The notes: a model not told the origin generated them from the letters alone. A stretch of DNA of 64,000 bases from an uncultured Gemmatimonadaceae bacterium (GCA_963822945.1 CAWGJO010000027.1:128001-192000), one strand, 5' to 3'. Counted from the stretch's first letter, positions 26,867 through 36,571 are shown. Translations and numbers: made by a program.

Positions 26867-29439
26867 CACTGCTTCCGTGCGATCGCGATGCGCAGGCTGA
26901 ACGACGCCGGCCCGCTTCCGCCGGCGCCCAGCAGCGACAGCGTCTGCCCCGCCGTCGCGCTCGTGGTCAGTTCGTACATCGCGAACGCTCCCCCGTGGAT
27001 GCCGGCGTTGTCCACCGCGAACGATCCCGCCGGCAGCGCCAGCGGGGTGAGCGGGAAGGGCAGCGGGAAGTACGAATAGGATGGATAGGGGAAATCCGAC
27101 GCCATGCCGGCGTAGATGTCGCGCGTGTTCCACGTGGGGAACTGCACGTCGGGATTGGACGCGAAGGCGGCATCGCCGTCGAGGTCGAGAGACAGCGTCC
27201 AGTGCCCGAGCATGTCGTCCGCCGACTGCCCGGTGAGCGCCGAGATGCTGGCCAGTCCGGTGGTCGTCGTGGCCTGCGTGATGGCGCGCAGGAACGAGGC
27301 ATCGGACGTGGCATAGCGGTCGTCCGCCCAGCGCGAGAACGACCAGGCCAGTGAGTAGAAGTTGAAGTCGTTGTCGGCCACACGCCCGAACAGGGAGGAC
27401 GCTCCCGGCGACTCCAGCACCGAATAGAGGGTGTTGAAGTTGCCGAAAATCCCGAACGGTTTGCCCGCGCACTGCGGGAAAGTGGGCCGCACGTCGCAGT
27501 ACAGCGTGTTCGCGTAGCGCGCGTCGCCCTTCCACGCCACGTTGTAGATGTTGTTCCGCAGCCATACCGATTCGGCCTCGCGCGCCATGCCCTCCTCGAG
27601 CCATGACTCCTCGAAGCTCGACGCATGGTTGGTGAGGCGTGCCCCGAACGACGCGATGTGCTTGACCTCGTGCACCACCGTCGTCCGGATGCCGCGCAGC
27701 CAGGCGTCGGCCGTGTTGCCGCTGAACCCGGTGCCGGCCACCGTGGGCACCACGGCGTAGAAGAATTCGCCGAAGTTGCTCGATGGATCGTTCACCGAAT
27801 CGCGCGCAAACAGGTCGCACGCGGTCACGAACCCGGCCACGCCGGACGGCACCGACGGCGTGAACACCATGTCGAGATGGTGGTCGCCGTCCGTATACGG
27901 ATCGGTGACCAGCGGGTCGCCGAAGTAGGTCGAGTCGCTCCGGTACATGGTGGAGTCGAATTCCTGGCCCAGCTTCGTGAAGTAGCTGTCCATCGTCCCC
28001 GCCAGCGGCGCCGCCACGTCCTCCCAGATGATGCTCTTGGTGCCCACGTACGCCACACGCGCCGTGATCTCCTTGTACGACGAACAGCTCCCCGTGGCGC
28101 CGAGCGTGGTCGTGAACTGATTCACGCGGAAGGTCCGCGTCGTACCCACGGTCGGCACCGAGGCGAATGCCGGCAGTCCGGCAACCGCACGCGAGAACGC
28201 TGGCCGGGCGCGATCCGTTCCGCGCAGCATCTGATACGCCGCGCGACTGGCGTCGAGAATGCGCAGGTGCATGGCCGGGCTCTCCGGCAGTCCCGCCACG
28301 TCGGCCGGCAACGACGGTGCGGCCGCCGGCCGCGCCAGCGCCTGCCGCATCATCACCGGCGCCGCGCGGTCGGGCGCGGCCCCGCTTCCCACGGTACCCG
28401 CCAGACGGAACGGTGCGATCGACGTCGGCGCCTGGAGGTCGTTGAACACGCTCACCACGTAGTCCCCGTCCGCCTGCGGGAGTTCCAGGCACGCCAGTTC
28501 ACTCGCCGAGGTGACCACGGCGGTCCCGCCCACCGCCAGGGATTCCGGCGTGGCGGTACGGAGTGTCTGCGTGCGCGTGGCCGAGAATCCGCCCACCGTC
28601 ACCTGTATGGAGGCGCCGTGCGTGGGAGCGCAGGGCATGGTCGTCGGCACCTTGGCCGTGAGTTGCGTGGCCGACGCCCCCGTCACCACGGTAAACACAC
28701 TGTCGATGGTCAGCGTGTCCGCTGCCGGCGTCGCGCTGAACCCGGTGCCGGTGATCGTGACCGTCGCGCCAGGCGTCAGCACGGCGGGAGAGATGGACAG
28801 AATGGTCGGCGCGCCACCCGGCGGGGGCGGCGCGATCACCGAGATCGCCGAACTGTCCGACTGCGTCTCGCTGGTGGCCGTGATCGTGGCGTTCCCGATG
28901 GAGATGCCGGTCACCAGCCCGGTGCTGTCCACCTTCGCCTTGGCCGTGTCGGACGACGTCCAGACCACCACCCGCCCCGTCAGCACGTTGCCGTTCGGGT
29001 CCAGCGTGGCCACGGTCAGCTGCTGGGTGGCACCGGGGACGATCGATGCAGATGGCGGCAGCACGTTCACGCGCGCCACCGGCAGCTGTTTCACGGTCAG
29101 CGTCGCCTGCGCCTGCTTGGTGCCGGCGGCCGCGATCACGGTGGTGGTGCCGGGCGCGACGGCCGTGACCCGTCCATCGTTCGCCACCGTTGCCACGCCG
29201 GGCGTTCCGGTGGACCAGATGATGGTGCCGGTGGCGATCGATGCGCCGTGCTGGTCGGTGCCCGACGCCGACGCGGTCACGGTCGATCCCACATATACCG
29301 TGGGCGCTGAAAGCGCCACCGACAGCGTGGTGAGCACTGGGGGGTCCGGCGCCACCAGGTGATCGCTGTTCCCGCCGCCGCAGCCGGCGACGGCAACGGC
29401 GAGTCCCATTCCAACCACTTCAAGCATCCTACGGAGCAT
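26866..29439 (-). CDS. Lipoprotein with two Ig-like (Big_2) domains, IPT/TIG domain and zinc metallopeptidase-like domain
   Basis: Lipobox AVAGC; WSTGTPGVATV and WTSSDTAKAKVD Ig repeats; TVTITGTGFS; HEVKH...WLEEG zincin motif. Confidence 0.82.
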   Translation of the reverse strand: MLRRMLEVVGMGLAVAVAGCGGGNSDHLVAPDPPVLTTLSVALSAPTVYVGSTVTASASGTDQHGASIATGTIIWSTGTPGVATVANDGRVTAVAPGTTTVIAAAGTKQAQATLTVKQLPVARVNVLPPSASIVPGATQQLTVATLDPNGNVLTGRVVVWTSSDTAKAKVDSTGLVTGISIGNATITATSETQSDSSAISVIAPPPPGGAPTILSISPAVLTPGATVTITGTGFSATPAADTLTIDSVFTVVTGASATQLTAKVPTTMPCAPTHGASIQVTVGGFSATRTQTLRTATPESLAVGGTAVVTSASELACLELPQADGDYVVSVFNDLQAPTSIAPFRLAGTVGSGAAPDRAAPVMMRQALARPAAAPSLPADVAGLPESPAMHLRILDASRAAYQMLRGTDRARPAFSRAVAGLPAFASVPTVGTTRTFRVNQFTTTLGATGSCSSYKEITARVAYVGTKSIIWEDVAAPLAGTMDSYFTKLGQEFDSTMYRSDSTYFGDPLVTDPYTDGDHHLDMVFTPSVPSGVAGFVTACDLFARDSVNDPSSNFGEFFYAVVPTVAGTGFSGNTADAWLRGIRTTVVHEVKHIASFGARLTNHASSFEESWLEEGMAREAESVWLRNNIYNVAWKGDARYANTLYCDVRPTFPQCAGKPFGIFGNFNTLYSVLESPGASSLFGRVADNDFNFYSLAWSFSRWADDRYATSDASFLRAITQATTTTGLASISALTGQSADDMLGHWTLSLDLDGDAAFASNPDVQFPTWNTRDIYAGMASDFPYPSYSYFPLPFPLTPLALPAGSFAVDNAGIHGGAFAMYELTTSATAGQTLSLLGAGGSGPASFSLRIAIARKQ

Positions 29440-29732
29440 CGTCGCCCTTGGATTTACTGGTGTCTATGCGCAGGAGGTGCGGCCGCAAATGGGGGCTTCG
29501 CGTCCCGCGGTGGGATCAGCAATACTAGCCGTGAAAGATACCGTCGGCAGTCGGCGGAATGCCATGCATTCGCGCGTTCTCGAGGGGATTCGTGCTCTGC
29601 GTCACAACCGCGCCGCCGGGCGCTCCGCCCTTGGCGCCTCACCGGCAAGGCGCTAGACTGGCCCCACATGTTCACCACACCCCGCGCCGCGCGCGCTGCT
29701 ACGGGCCGCCCCGCGGGCGGCGGGGGGCGCTG

Positions 29733-31358
29733 ATGAGCAGTCCCGACGCCGGTCACGAGCGGCTGCTCGCCGCCATCCGCCGCCGGCGCACCTTCGCGAT
29801 CATCAGCCACCCCGACGCCGGCAAGACCACGCTCACCGAGAAGCTGCTGCTCTACGGGGGCGCCATCCATCTGGCGGGGTCGGTCAAGGCCCGTCGCGCC
29901 GATCGCCACGCCACCTCCGACTGGATGCAGATGGAACAGGAGCGCGGCATCTCGGTCACGTCGAGCGTGATGCAGTTCGAGTACGAGGGGTACGTGATCA
30001 ATCTCCTCGACACGCCGGGGCACGAAGACTTCTCCGAGGACACCTACCGCACGCTCGTCGCGGCCGACAGCGCCGTGATGCTGCTCGACAACCGCAAGGG
30101 CGTCGAGGAGCGCACCCGGCAGCTGTTCGCCGTCTGCAAACGGCGGCGCACTCCGATCTTCACCTTCGTCAACAAGTGCGACCGGTGGGGCGAGGATCCG
30201 CTCAAGCTGATCGGCGACGTCGAGTCGGACCTCGGCATCAACTGCCACCCGATCACCTGGCCCATCTTCAGCGCCGAGGACCTGTCGGCCGGTTTCGTCG
30301 GCGTGTACGACCGGCGGCTCCGGCAGATCCACCTGTTCGAGAAGGACGAGTCGCGCGGCGCCCGACGGTCGGTGGCCCGCGTGGGACGTCTGGATGGCGC
30401 CGAGGCGCGCGAGTTGCTGGGCCCGACCACCCACGAACGGCTCGTGCACGACATCGCGCTGCTCGACGAGGCGGGCCATCCGTTCGACGAGCAGCAGGTA
30501 CTCGCCGGCGAACTCTCGCCCGTGTTCTTCGGCAGCGCGCTCAACAACTTCGGCGTCGAGCCGTTCCTGCGGGAGTTCCTCGAACTGGCCCCGCCGCCGG
30601 CGCCCCGCGATTCGAACGCCGGCGTAATCGAGCCGGATCGCGACGCCTTCAGCGGGTTCGTGTTCAAGATCCAGGCGAACATGGACCCCAAGCACCGCGA
30701 CCGCGTGGCCTTCGTACGGGTCGTCTCCGGCCACTTCGAGACCGGCATGCAGGTGATCCACGAGCGCACCGGCAAGCCGATGCGCCTGGCGGCGCCCCAG
30801 ACCTTCATGGCCCGCGAGCGCACGGCCGTGGAGGACGCCTGGCCCGGCGACATCGTCGGCATCATGGACCGGCGGGCGCTGCGCATCGGCGACACGCTGT
30901 CGGCCGAAGGCGGCGTGGTGTTCGCCGACATTCCGCGCTTCGCCCCCGAGCACTTCGCGCGCGTGATCCTCACCGACCCGATGCGGCGCAAGCAACTCGA
31001 TGCGGGACTGCGCCAGCTCACCGAGGAGGGCGCGGCGCAGGTGTTCTTCACCTCGGGCACCGACACCACGAGCCCGACGCCGATCGTCGGCGCGGTGGGG
31101 CAGCTCCAGTTCGACGTGATGATGCACCGGTTGGCGCACGAGTACGGTGTAGATGCTCGGCTCGAGCGCATCTCGGCGCGCTACCCGCGCTGGGTCACCG
31201 GCAGCCCGAAGGCCATCGAGCGCGCCGCCCGCGATTCCGGGCGGATGCTGCTGTTCGACGCCAAGGGGCAGCCGCTGCTCCTGTTCGACAGCGATTGGCA
31301 GATGCGCTGGGCGCTGGACCACGAACAGGACGTCGAACTGCACGACATCGCGCCCTGA
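29733..31358 (+). CDS. prfC: Peptide chain release factor 3
   Basis: RRRTFAIISHPDAGKTTLTEKLLL, DTPGHEDFSEDTYR, NKCD, FKIQANMDPKHRDR. Confidence 0.97.
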   Translation: MSSPDAGHERLLAAIRRRRTFAIISHPDAGKTTLTEKLLLYGGAIHLAGSVKARRADRHATSDWMQMEQERGISVTSSVMQFEYEGYVINLLDTPGHEDFSEDTYRTLVAADSAVMLLDNRKGVEERTRQLFAVCKRRRTPIFTFVNKCDRWGEDPLKLIGDVESDLGINCHPITWPIFSAEDLSAGFVGVYDRRLRQIHLFEKDESRGARRSVARVGRLDGAEARELLGPTTHERLVHDIALLDEAGHPFDEQQVLAGELSPVFFGSALNNFGVEPFLREFLELAPPPAPRDSNAGVIEPDRDAFSGFVFKIQANMDPKHRDRVAFVRVVSGHFETGMQVIHERTGKPMRLAAPQTFMARERTAVEDAWPGDIVGIMDRRALRIGDTLSAEGGVVFADIPRFAPEHFARVILTDPMRRKQLDAGLRQLTEEGAAQVFFTSGTDTTSPTPIVGAVGQLQFDVMMHRLAHEYGVDARLERISARYPRWVTGSPKAIERAARDSGRMLLFDAKGQPLLLFDSDWQMRWALDHEQDVELHDIAP

Positions 31359-31388
31359 GCGGTCCGCCCGCCGCATGTCGCCGTCGGC

Positions 31389-31865
31389 TCAGGGCGGGGC
31401 CGAACGGACGACGAGCCACAGCCCGACGCGGCATCGCCGCGGGCCATCGGCCCACCACTGCGCGCCGAGCGCGGCCCGCGCGAGCTGCCCGGCCACTCGT
31501 TCGGTAATGATCTCGTCGAATTGATCGGTGGGCGGCGCGCCGCGACGCTCGAAGGTGCGGAACACGCTGCGACTGTCGATGTGCAGCCCGACCAGTTGGC
31601 GCACCAGCTCGCGCTCGGCGCGCAGACGCGCGACCGTGCAAACACTGGCCGCGTTGGTGCTGTCGGCAACCGCGGTGCCGACCGCGACCGCGATCGAGTC
31701 GCGCCCGACCAGCACCAGCAATGCGCCGTCGCCGTCGGCCAGCGGGGGGCGCGCGAACTCGGCGCGCACCTGGACGGGCACCGACGGCGGCATCCCCGCC
31801 GCCGTCTGCGCGCCGAGCCGTGACGCGACGAGGAGCGCCGCGGCCAACGTCGAGAGCCGACTCAT
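31389..31865 (-). CDS. Secreted protein, LPP20/FlgP/FlgT-N-like fold (tentative)
   Basis: Signal peptide; AVGTA...ARLRAERELVRQLVGLHIDS...IITERVAGQL pattern; ATGA overlap with upstream gene. Confidence 0.55.
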   Translation of the reverse strand: MSRLSTLAAALLVASRLGAQTAAGMPPSVPVQVRAEFARPPLADGDGALLVLVGRDSIAVAVGTAVADSTNAASVCTVARLRAERELVRQLVGLHIDSRSVFRTFERRGAPPTDQFDEIITERVAGQLARAALGAQWWADGPRRCRVGLWLVVRSAPP

Positions 31866-33322
31866 GGTCCGGTGCTCCCGAGGGGCCGCCGGAAGTCGTC
31901 CACCGGTGCCGGGTGATCGCACACCCGAATGGAATCGGCCGTTCCGTTCGGCCAGTGTGCGAACGCCACGCGACACCGCACCGGCGGCAGGCGATGGTCG
32001 ATCTCGAGCGGTTCGACGCGCAGTTCGCGCAACGAAGCCAACTGCGGAGGCGTGAACCAGAGGTCGACGACGGCCGTGTCGGCGCGTACCGCCCTTCCCA
32101 CCTGCACCCAGAGCACCACGTCCTGGGCTCCCGCCACGACGGGAGTGCCCGGGCCCCCGCTGGTACGCTCGCGGAACGGACGCACCAGCCGTACCCTGAC
32201 CGCCGGCTGGGAGTCGGCGGTGAGCAGCGCGGGGTCGAAGGCGCCGCTCCACGGCGCACGGAAGACCTGACGCAACGTCACGGCGCGATCGCCGACGACG
32301 AGGCGCATCCGTGCCTCGTCGACCACCGTGCGCAGGTAGTCCACCACGGCAAAGAACGCTGCGGTCGAGCGCAGATGCACGTAGCGCGCGCGCTCCGCGG
32401 CCCGATCCACGAACGCCACCGCGAACCCGCCGGCGGTGCTCAGCGCGGGGAACAGCGCCGGGACGCGATCCGGCGCACCCGCCGTGACGACGGGGGGATC
32501 GAACCCCGCGAAGCTATCCGTCGGCGCCAGCACCGCCCGGGCATCGAGCAGCCGGCGACTATCCGGACCGCAACGGGAGACGCACGGATGCACCATGCGC
32601 ACCTGGGCGGTGGTGGGCGGATACCGCAGCCGGCGCTCGCCCCCGGGCCCGGCGATGGCCGAGAGGATGGCCTCCGCCCGTTGCATGGCGGCCGCGTAGT
32701 TCGCGTTCGGCGTGCGGATGAGGAGCACGCGCATGCGCAGCCGGTCCCCGTCGGGTACCGCCGGACCGGGGGCCACCCGATACGCGTAGAGACTGGGCTG
32801 GTGCTCGATGTCGGCGAAGATGGATTGGACGATCTCGCCTTCCGCGCGGCGCCGTTCGGCGTCGATCGCGTCGCCGGCCGCCCAGAGATCCCCGGGCACG
32901 CGGACGCTGGTGCCGGGAACCGGCGTGAGCGGCTGCTCGCGAATGCGCGAGACCATGGCGAGGATCCGCACGTGCACCGTGCCATGGCTGCGTGCGCTGT
33001 CGAGCAGGACGTAGCGGGTGACGATGCCGCGGCTCACCGTGTGGATGGAGTCGCTGACCACGCGATCGCCGCGTACGGTGATGGCGCTGGCGAGCATGGC
33101 GCCGGCCCCCGACTCCACGGCCATTCGAACGGCCTGCGCCAGCGCCGCGGCGAAGCCGGTGCCGCTGCCGACGGCCACCACCGGGATCGGCGGGTCGGCG
33201 GCGGCATCCGGCGGATGACGATCACCGCGGGGCGGCACGCGTTGGGCCGCGGCGCGCGCCGCGCCCGCGACCAGGATCGCGCCGATGGCGATCCCTCGCC
33301 ATCGCCTACGGACGCGGGTCAC
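31862..33322 (-). CDS. Secreted protein with FlgT N-terminal-like domain and unknown C-terminal region
   Basis: Signal peptide; VAVGSG...ALAQAVRMAVESGAGAMLAS...DSIHTVSRGIVTRYVLL pattern; GTGA overlap. Confidence 0.6.
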   Translation of the reverse strand: MTRVRRRWRGIAIGAILVAGAARAAAQRVPPRGDRHPPDAAADPPIPVVAVGSGTGFAAALAQAVRMAVESGAGAMLASAITVRGDRVVSDSIHTVSRGIVTRYVLLDSARSHGTVHVRILAMVSRIREQPLTPVPGTSVRVPGDLWAAGDAIDAERRRAEGEIVQSIFADIEHQPSLYAYRVAPGPAVPDGDRLRMRVLLIRTPNANYAAAMQRAEAILSAIAGPGGERRLRYPPTTAQVRMVHPCVSRCGPDSRRLLDARAVLAPTDSFAGFDPPVVTAGAPDRVPALFPALSTAGGFAVAFVDRAAERARYVHLRSTAAFFAVVDYLRTVVDEARMRLVVGDRAVTLRQVFRAPWSGAFDPALLTADSQPAVRVRLVRPFRERTSGGPGTPVVAGAQDVVLWVQVGRAVRADTAVVDLWFTPPQLASLRELRVEPLEIDHRLPPVRCRVAFAHWPNGTADSIRVCDHPAPVDDFRRPLGSTGP

Positions 33323-33912
33323 GGCATCGAATCGCGCGGGATCGTACGCTCGAGCTCCCGGTATGCCTGCGTCGCGCGCAGGCGGGTATAGAGCGCCTCG
33401 TTCGCCTTCAGCTCCCGGAGCAGGCGTTCCGTCATGTCCGCCCTGGCGGCCGACATCAGGACGAACGCGCGGTAGCCGCCCGGTTCACGTTCGAGATACT
33501 GCGACCGGGGGGCGGTGTTGACGAGCGTCGTGTGCACGACCCCTTCGACGGTGCGCGTGAACTGGTCGAGGAGTTGCGTGGTGGAGTCGCGCCCCACCTC
33601 CTCCGCAAACTGCTTGTTCAGCACGTCGTAGGTGGCCTGCATCTGTTCGGCCAGCGTGGCCCGCGCGATCGTCTGCGCCTTGGTGAGGGCCAGCTGCATG
33701 TCCTCCGACGTCGCCGACGCCGTGGCGACGATCGTGCGATCGTCCCGCGGCGGGTTGACGTACCAGTCGGGCACCGTACGTCCGGCGTCGGCGGGTTTGA
33801 CGTCGGGCAGCGTGGTCACGTGCGTTCCCTGATGGCAGCCCCACGCGATCGCGGCGCTCACGAGGAGCGCGACGGGCACGAACGGACGGTGGCGCGGAAC
33901 ACTTCGATACAT
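33319..33912 (-). CDS. LPP20-family lipoprotein
   Basis: Lipobox-like AIAWGC; PDWYVNPP; ATASATSEDMQLALTKAQTIARATLAEQM; GGAG RBS. Confidence 0.75.
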   Translation of the reverse strand: MYRSVPRHRPFVPVALLVSAAIAWGCHQGTHVTTLPDVKPADAGRTVPDWYVNPPRDDRTIVATASATSEDMQLALTKAQTIARATLAEQMQATYDVLNKQFAEEVGRDSTTQLLDQFTRTVEGVVHTTLVNTAPRSQYLEREPGGYRAFVLMSAARADMTERLLRELKANEALYTRLRATQAYRELERTIPRDSMP

Positions 33913-33977
33913 TCGGGGCTCCTTGCCGCGGGGCCGGCGGTCCGCCCCGCGTGGCGAGTATGGTCCTTCGCCTCCCG

Positions 33978-34006
33978 AGTATCGACCGTTGGGGCGCGCG
34001 ACTTTA
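33978..34006 (-). promoter_or_regulatory. Sigma28 (FliA)-like promoter for the LPP20 operon
   Basis: TAAAG-N15-GTCGATACT on the minus strand. Confidence 0.75.
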
Positions 34007-34024
34007 GCCGCCGGACTCGAGCAT

Positions 34025-34053
34025 TCAAGTCCGCACGGTATCTTGCCGATACT
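34025..34053 (+). promoter_or_regulatory. Sigma28-like promoter, divergent, pointing antisense into the EAL-HDOD gene
   Basis: TCAAG-N15-GCCGATACT on the plus strand. Confidence 0.6.
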
Positions 34054-34080
34054 CATCAACGCGGGGTCTGCCCGGCGGCG

Positions 34081-35301
34081 TTAGGCGGCGGTCAGCACCT
34101 CGCGAGCCCAGGTGCCCGCGTCGGTGTACCAGCCGCCCAACCGGTCGCCCACGCCCAGTCCGTCGGCCATCGCGATCATCGGCTCCCACGATCCCCGGAC
34201 GTACGACGAGGCGATGTCCAGGTACGGCGTCAGTGGCCCATTGGCGTGGAGCAGTGCGGACGCGACGTCGCTCGACACGTGCACGTGGCGCAGCAGGTCC
34301 CGCATCGTAATTCCCAGAATCGCGTCGAACTTCGAGAGCAGGCCGGCCAGGAACGCCGAGGCGGCCGCCTGAGGCCGGCCCGAGTGCATGGCGAGCAGCT
34401 CGCACATGCGGGCGAGTTCCAGGGCCTCGAACGCCAGTTCGCGCTGGACGCCGGTGCCGCGGGGCAGCGCGCTGGCCAGCAGCAGCGACAGCCAGCGGTG
34501 CAGCGTGCTGCGTCCCACGATCTGCACGGCGCGCTGGATGGAATCGATGCCCACCCCGCCGACGGCCGCGGAGTTGACGATGCGGAGCAGCTTGAGGCTC
34601 AGGCCGGGGTCGGTTCGGAATGCACATTCGAGTTCGCGATCCGTGGTCCGGGAATCCGACACCAGATTCATCAGCCGTGCGATCGCGCCGAGACCGGCGG
34701 GAAGGTCGCGGCCGGCGACGGTTTGCGGGCGCTGAAAGTAGTAGCCCTGGAACATGCTGAACCCCAGCGACCGGCAGAGGCCGTAGGTCTCGGGGTCCTC
34801 GACGCGCTCGGCCAGCAGCCGGGCGGGGTGCCGCGCGAGGCGACGGGCCACCGGGGCGAGCGTCTCGCGGGTGGCGCCCAGCACGTCGACCTTGACCACC
34901 TGTGCCAGTTCGAGCAATGGATCGTACTCGGCCCCGCCGCAGAAATCGTCGAGCGCGACGTCGAACCCGCGCGCGTTGAGGGCGCGAACCGCCGCCACCG
35001 TCTCGGGGTCGCAGGTCACGGTCTCGAGCACCTCGACCGTCACCTGGCGCGGATCAAGCAGTTCGTGCACGTCGCTCAGCAGCAGGTCGCGCGGGAAGTT
35101 CACGAACGCCCGTGACCCGTCCACCAAGCGGTCGAGGCCGATGGTGAGCAACGCCGCAACGAGCGTGGCGCTCGACATGCCCACCGGCGTGGCGCCGCCG
35201 GCGCCGGTGGCCGTGCGCGAGTCGCGGTACAACAACTCATAGCCGACCAGTTGATCGTCGAGGTTGAAGATCGGCTGCCGGGCGACGAAGACGTCCGACA
35301 T
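34081..35301 (-). CDS. EAL-HDOD protein (YuxH/PdeH-like c-di-GMP phosphodiesterase), motifs intact
   Basis: ARQPIF, YELLYR, FVNF, VEVLE, LDDF, KVD, AERVE, FQGYYF; HDOD DPGLSLKLLRIVNSA. Confidence 0.92.
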   Translation of the reverse strand: MSDVFVARQPIFNLDDQLVGYELLYRDSRTATGAGGATPVGMSSATLVAALLTIGLDRLVDGSRAFVNFPRDLLLSDVHELLDPRQVTVEVLETVTCDPETVAAVRALNARGFDVALDDFCGGAEYDPLLELAQVVKVDVLGATRETLAPVARRLARHPARLLAERVEDPETYGLCRSLGFSMFQGYYFQRPQTVAGRDLPAGLGAIARLMNLVSDSRTTDRELECAFRTDPGLSLKLLRIVNSAAVGGVGIDSIQRAVQIVGRSTLHRWLSLLLASALPRGTGVQRELAFEALELARMCELLAMHSGRPQAAASAFLAGLLSKFDAILGITMRDLLRHVHVSSDVASALLHANGPLTPYLDIASSYVRGSWEPMIAMADGLGVGDRLGGWYTDAGTWAREVLTAA

Positions 35302-35310
35302 CGGGAGTGC

Positions 35311-36516
35311 CTATGCCGCCAGCATGTTGCGCGCCCAGGCCCCCGCCTGCGCATACCAGATCGGCAGGTCGTCGACCACGTCGAGCTCCGAGGCGAGGAC
35401 GAGCGCGTCGTCCCATTTCGCCTGGCCGTAGAGGCGGGCGAGCGCGAGGTACCTGGCGTACGGCCCCGAGTCGTGGAGCAGCGCGGCCTCGACGTCCAGC
35501 GACACGTGGACCTGCCGCAGCAGTTCGCGGGGGGAGACCCCGAGCATGGCATCCACCGCCGAGAGCAGTCCCGTGAGGAATACGGAGGGCGCCGCACGGT
35601 GGTCGCCGTCGTTGATGGCCAGCAACTCGCACAGGCGTCCGCGGGCGAGGGCGGCGACGACCAGTTCCCGCTCGACGTCGCTGGATTGCGGGATGGTGCC
35701 CGAGAACAGCACCGAGAGCCACCGGTGCAACGCCGTGCGCCCGATGAGGCGCACGGCGTGCTGAATCGACTCGATGCCGACGCCGCCGATGGCGGCGGAA
35801 TTGACGAGGCGCAGCAGGCGCAGGCTCAGCCCGGGATCGACGCGGAACGCCTCTTCGATCGCGCGGTCGGTGGCGGTGGGGTCCTGGACCGCGTTCATGA
35901 CGCGGGCGATGCCCGTGACCCCAGTGGGGAGATCGCGGCGTTTCACGATCTGCGGACGGCTGAAGAACTTCCCCTGGTACAGCGATGCGCCGAGGGCGCG
36001 GCTGGTGTCGGCGGCCCGCGCGTCGTCCACGTGGTCGGTCAGCAGCCGGAGGCCGTACTTCGCCGCGCATTGCGCGGCGCCGGCGAGCACGTCGTCCGCG
36101 TCGTGCGTGGCGTCCACGCGCATCAGTTGCGCCAGCCGGAGGACGGGCCGGAACTCGGCGGCGGTCGCGTATGCGCCGACCGCCAGCGTGAACCCCGCGG
36201 CGCGCAGCGCGGCGATGGCCCCCAACGCCTCGTCGTCCGCGGGAAAGGGATCGGTCAGTTCGATCGCCACGTGCTGCGGGTCGAGCAGTTCGAATGCGCG
36301 ATCGAGCAACAGTGGATGGGGGAACCGCACGTACGCCGGCGTGTCCCCGACGAGTTGTTCGAACCCGACGGTGAGCAGGCCGGCGATCAGGGCGTGGCCC
36401 TGGCGGCCGGCGTCGCTCTCCGCTGCGGCGCCGACGGCCCGATACAGCAGTTCGTACCCTGCCAACTGATTCCGGGCATCGAAGATCGGCTGTCGCGCAA
36501 TGAGAATGTCGGGCAC
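35311..36516 (-). CDS. EAL-HDOD paralogue with degenerate EAL domain
   Basis: Same architecture, but YVRF, IELTD, LAVGAY, RVD and TDHVD replace the catalytic motifs. Confidence 0.88.
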   Translation of the reverse strand: MPDILIARQPIFDARNQLAGYELLYRAVGAAAESDAGRQGHALIAGLLTVGFEQLVGDTPAYVRFPHPLLLDRAFELLDPQHVAIELTDPFPADDEALGAIAALRAAGFTLAVGAYATAAEFRPVLRLAQLMRVDATHDADDVLAGAAQCAAKYGLRLLTDHVDDARAADTSRALGASLYQGKFFSRPQIVKRRDLPTGVTGIARVMNAVQDPTATDRAIEEAFRVDPGLSLRLLRLVNSAAIGGVGIESIQHAVRLIGRTALHRWLSVLFSGTIPQSSDVERELVVAALARGRLCELLAINDGDHRAAPSVFLTGLLSAVDAMLGVSPRELLRQVHVSLDVEAALLHDSGPYARYLALARLYGQAKWDDALVLASELDVVDDLPIWYAQAGAWARNMLAA

Positions 36517-36571
36517 GGGTCGGGTCTCGGTTCGGGGGCGGCGGTGCCGCCGGCGGTGACGTGCGCCGGTC

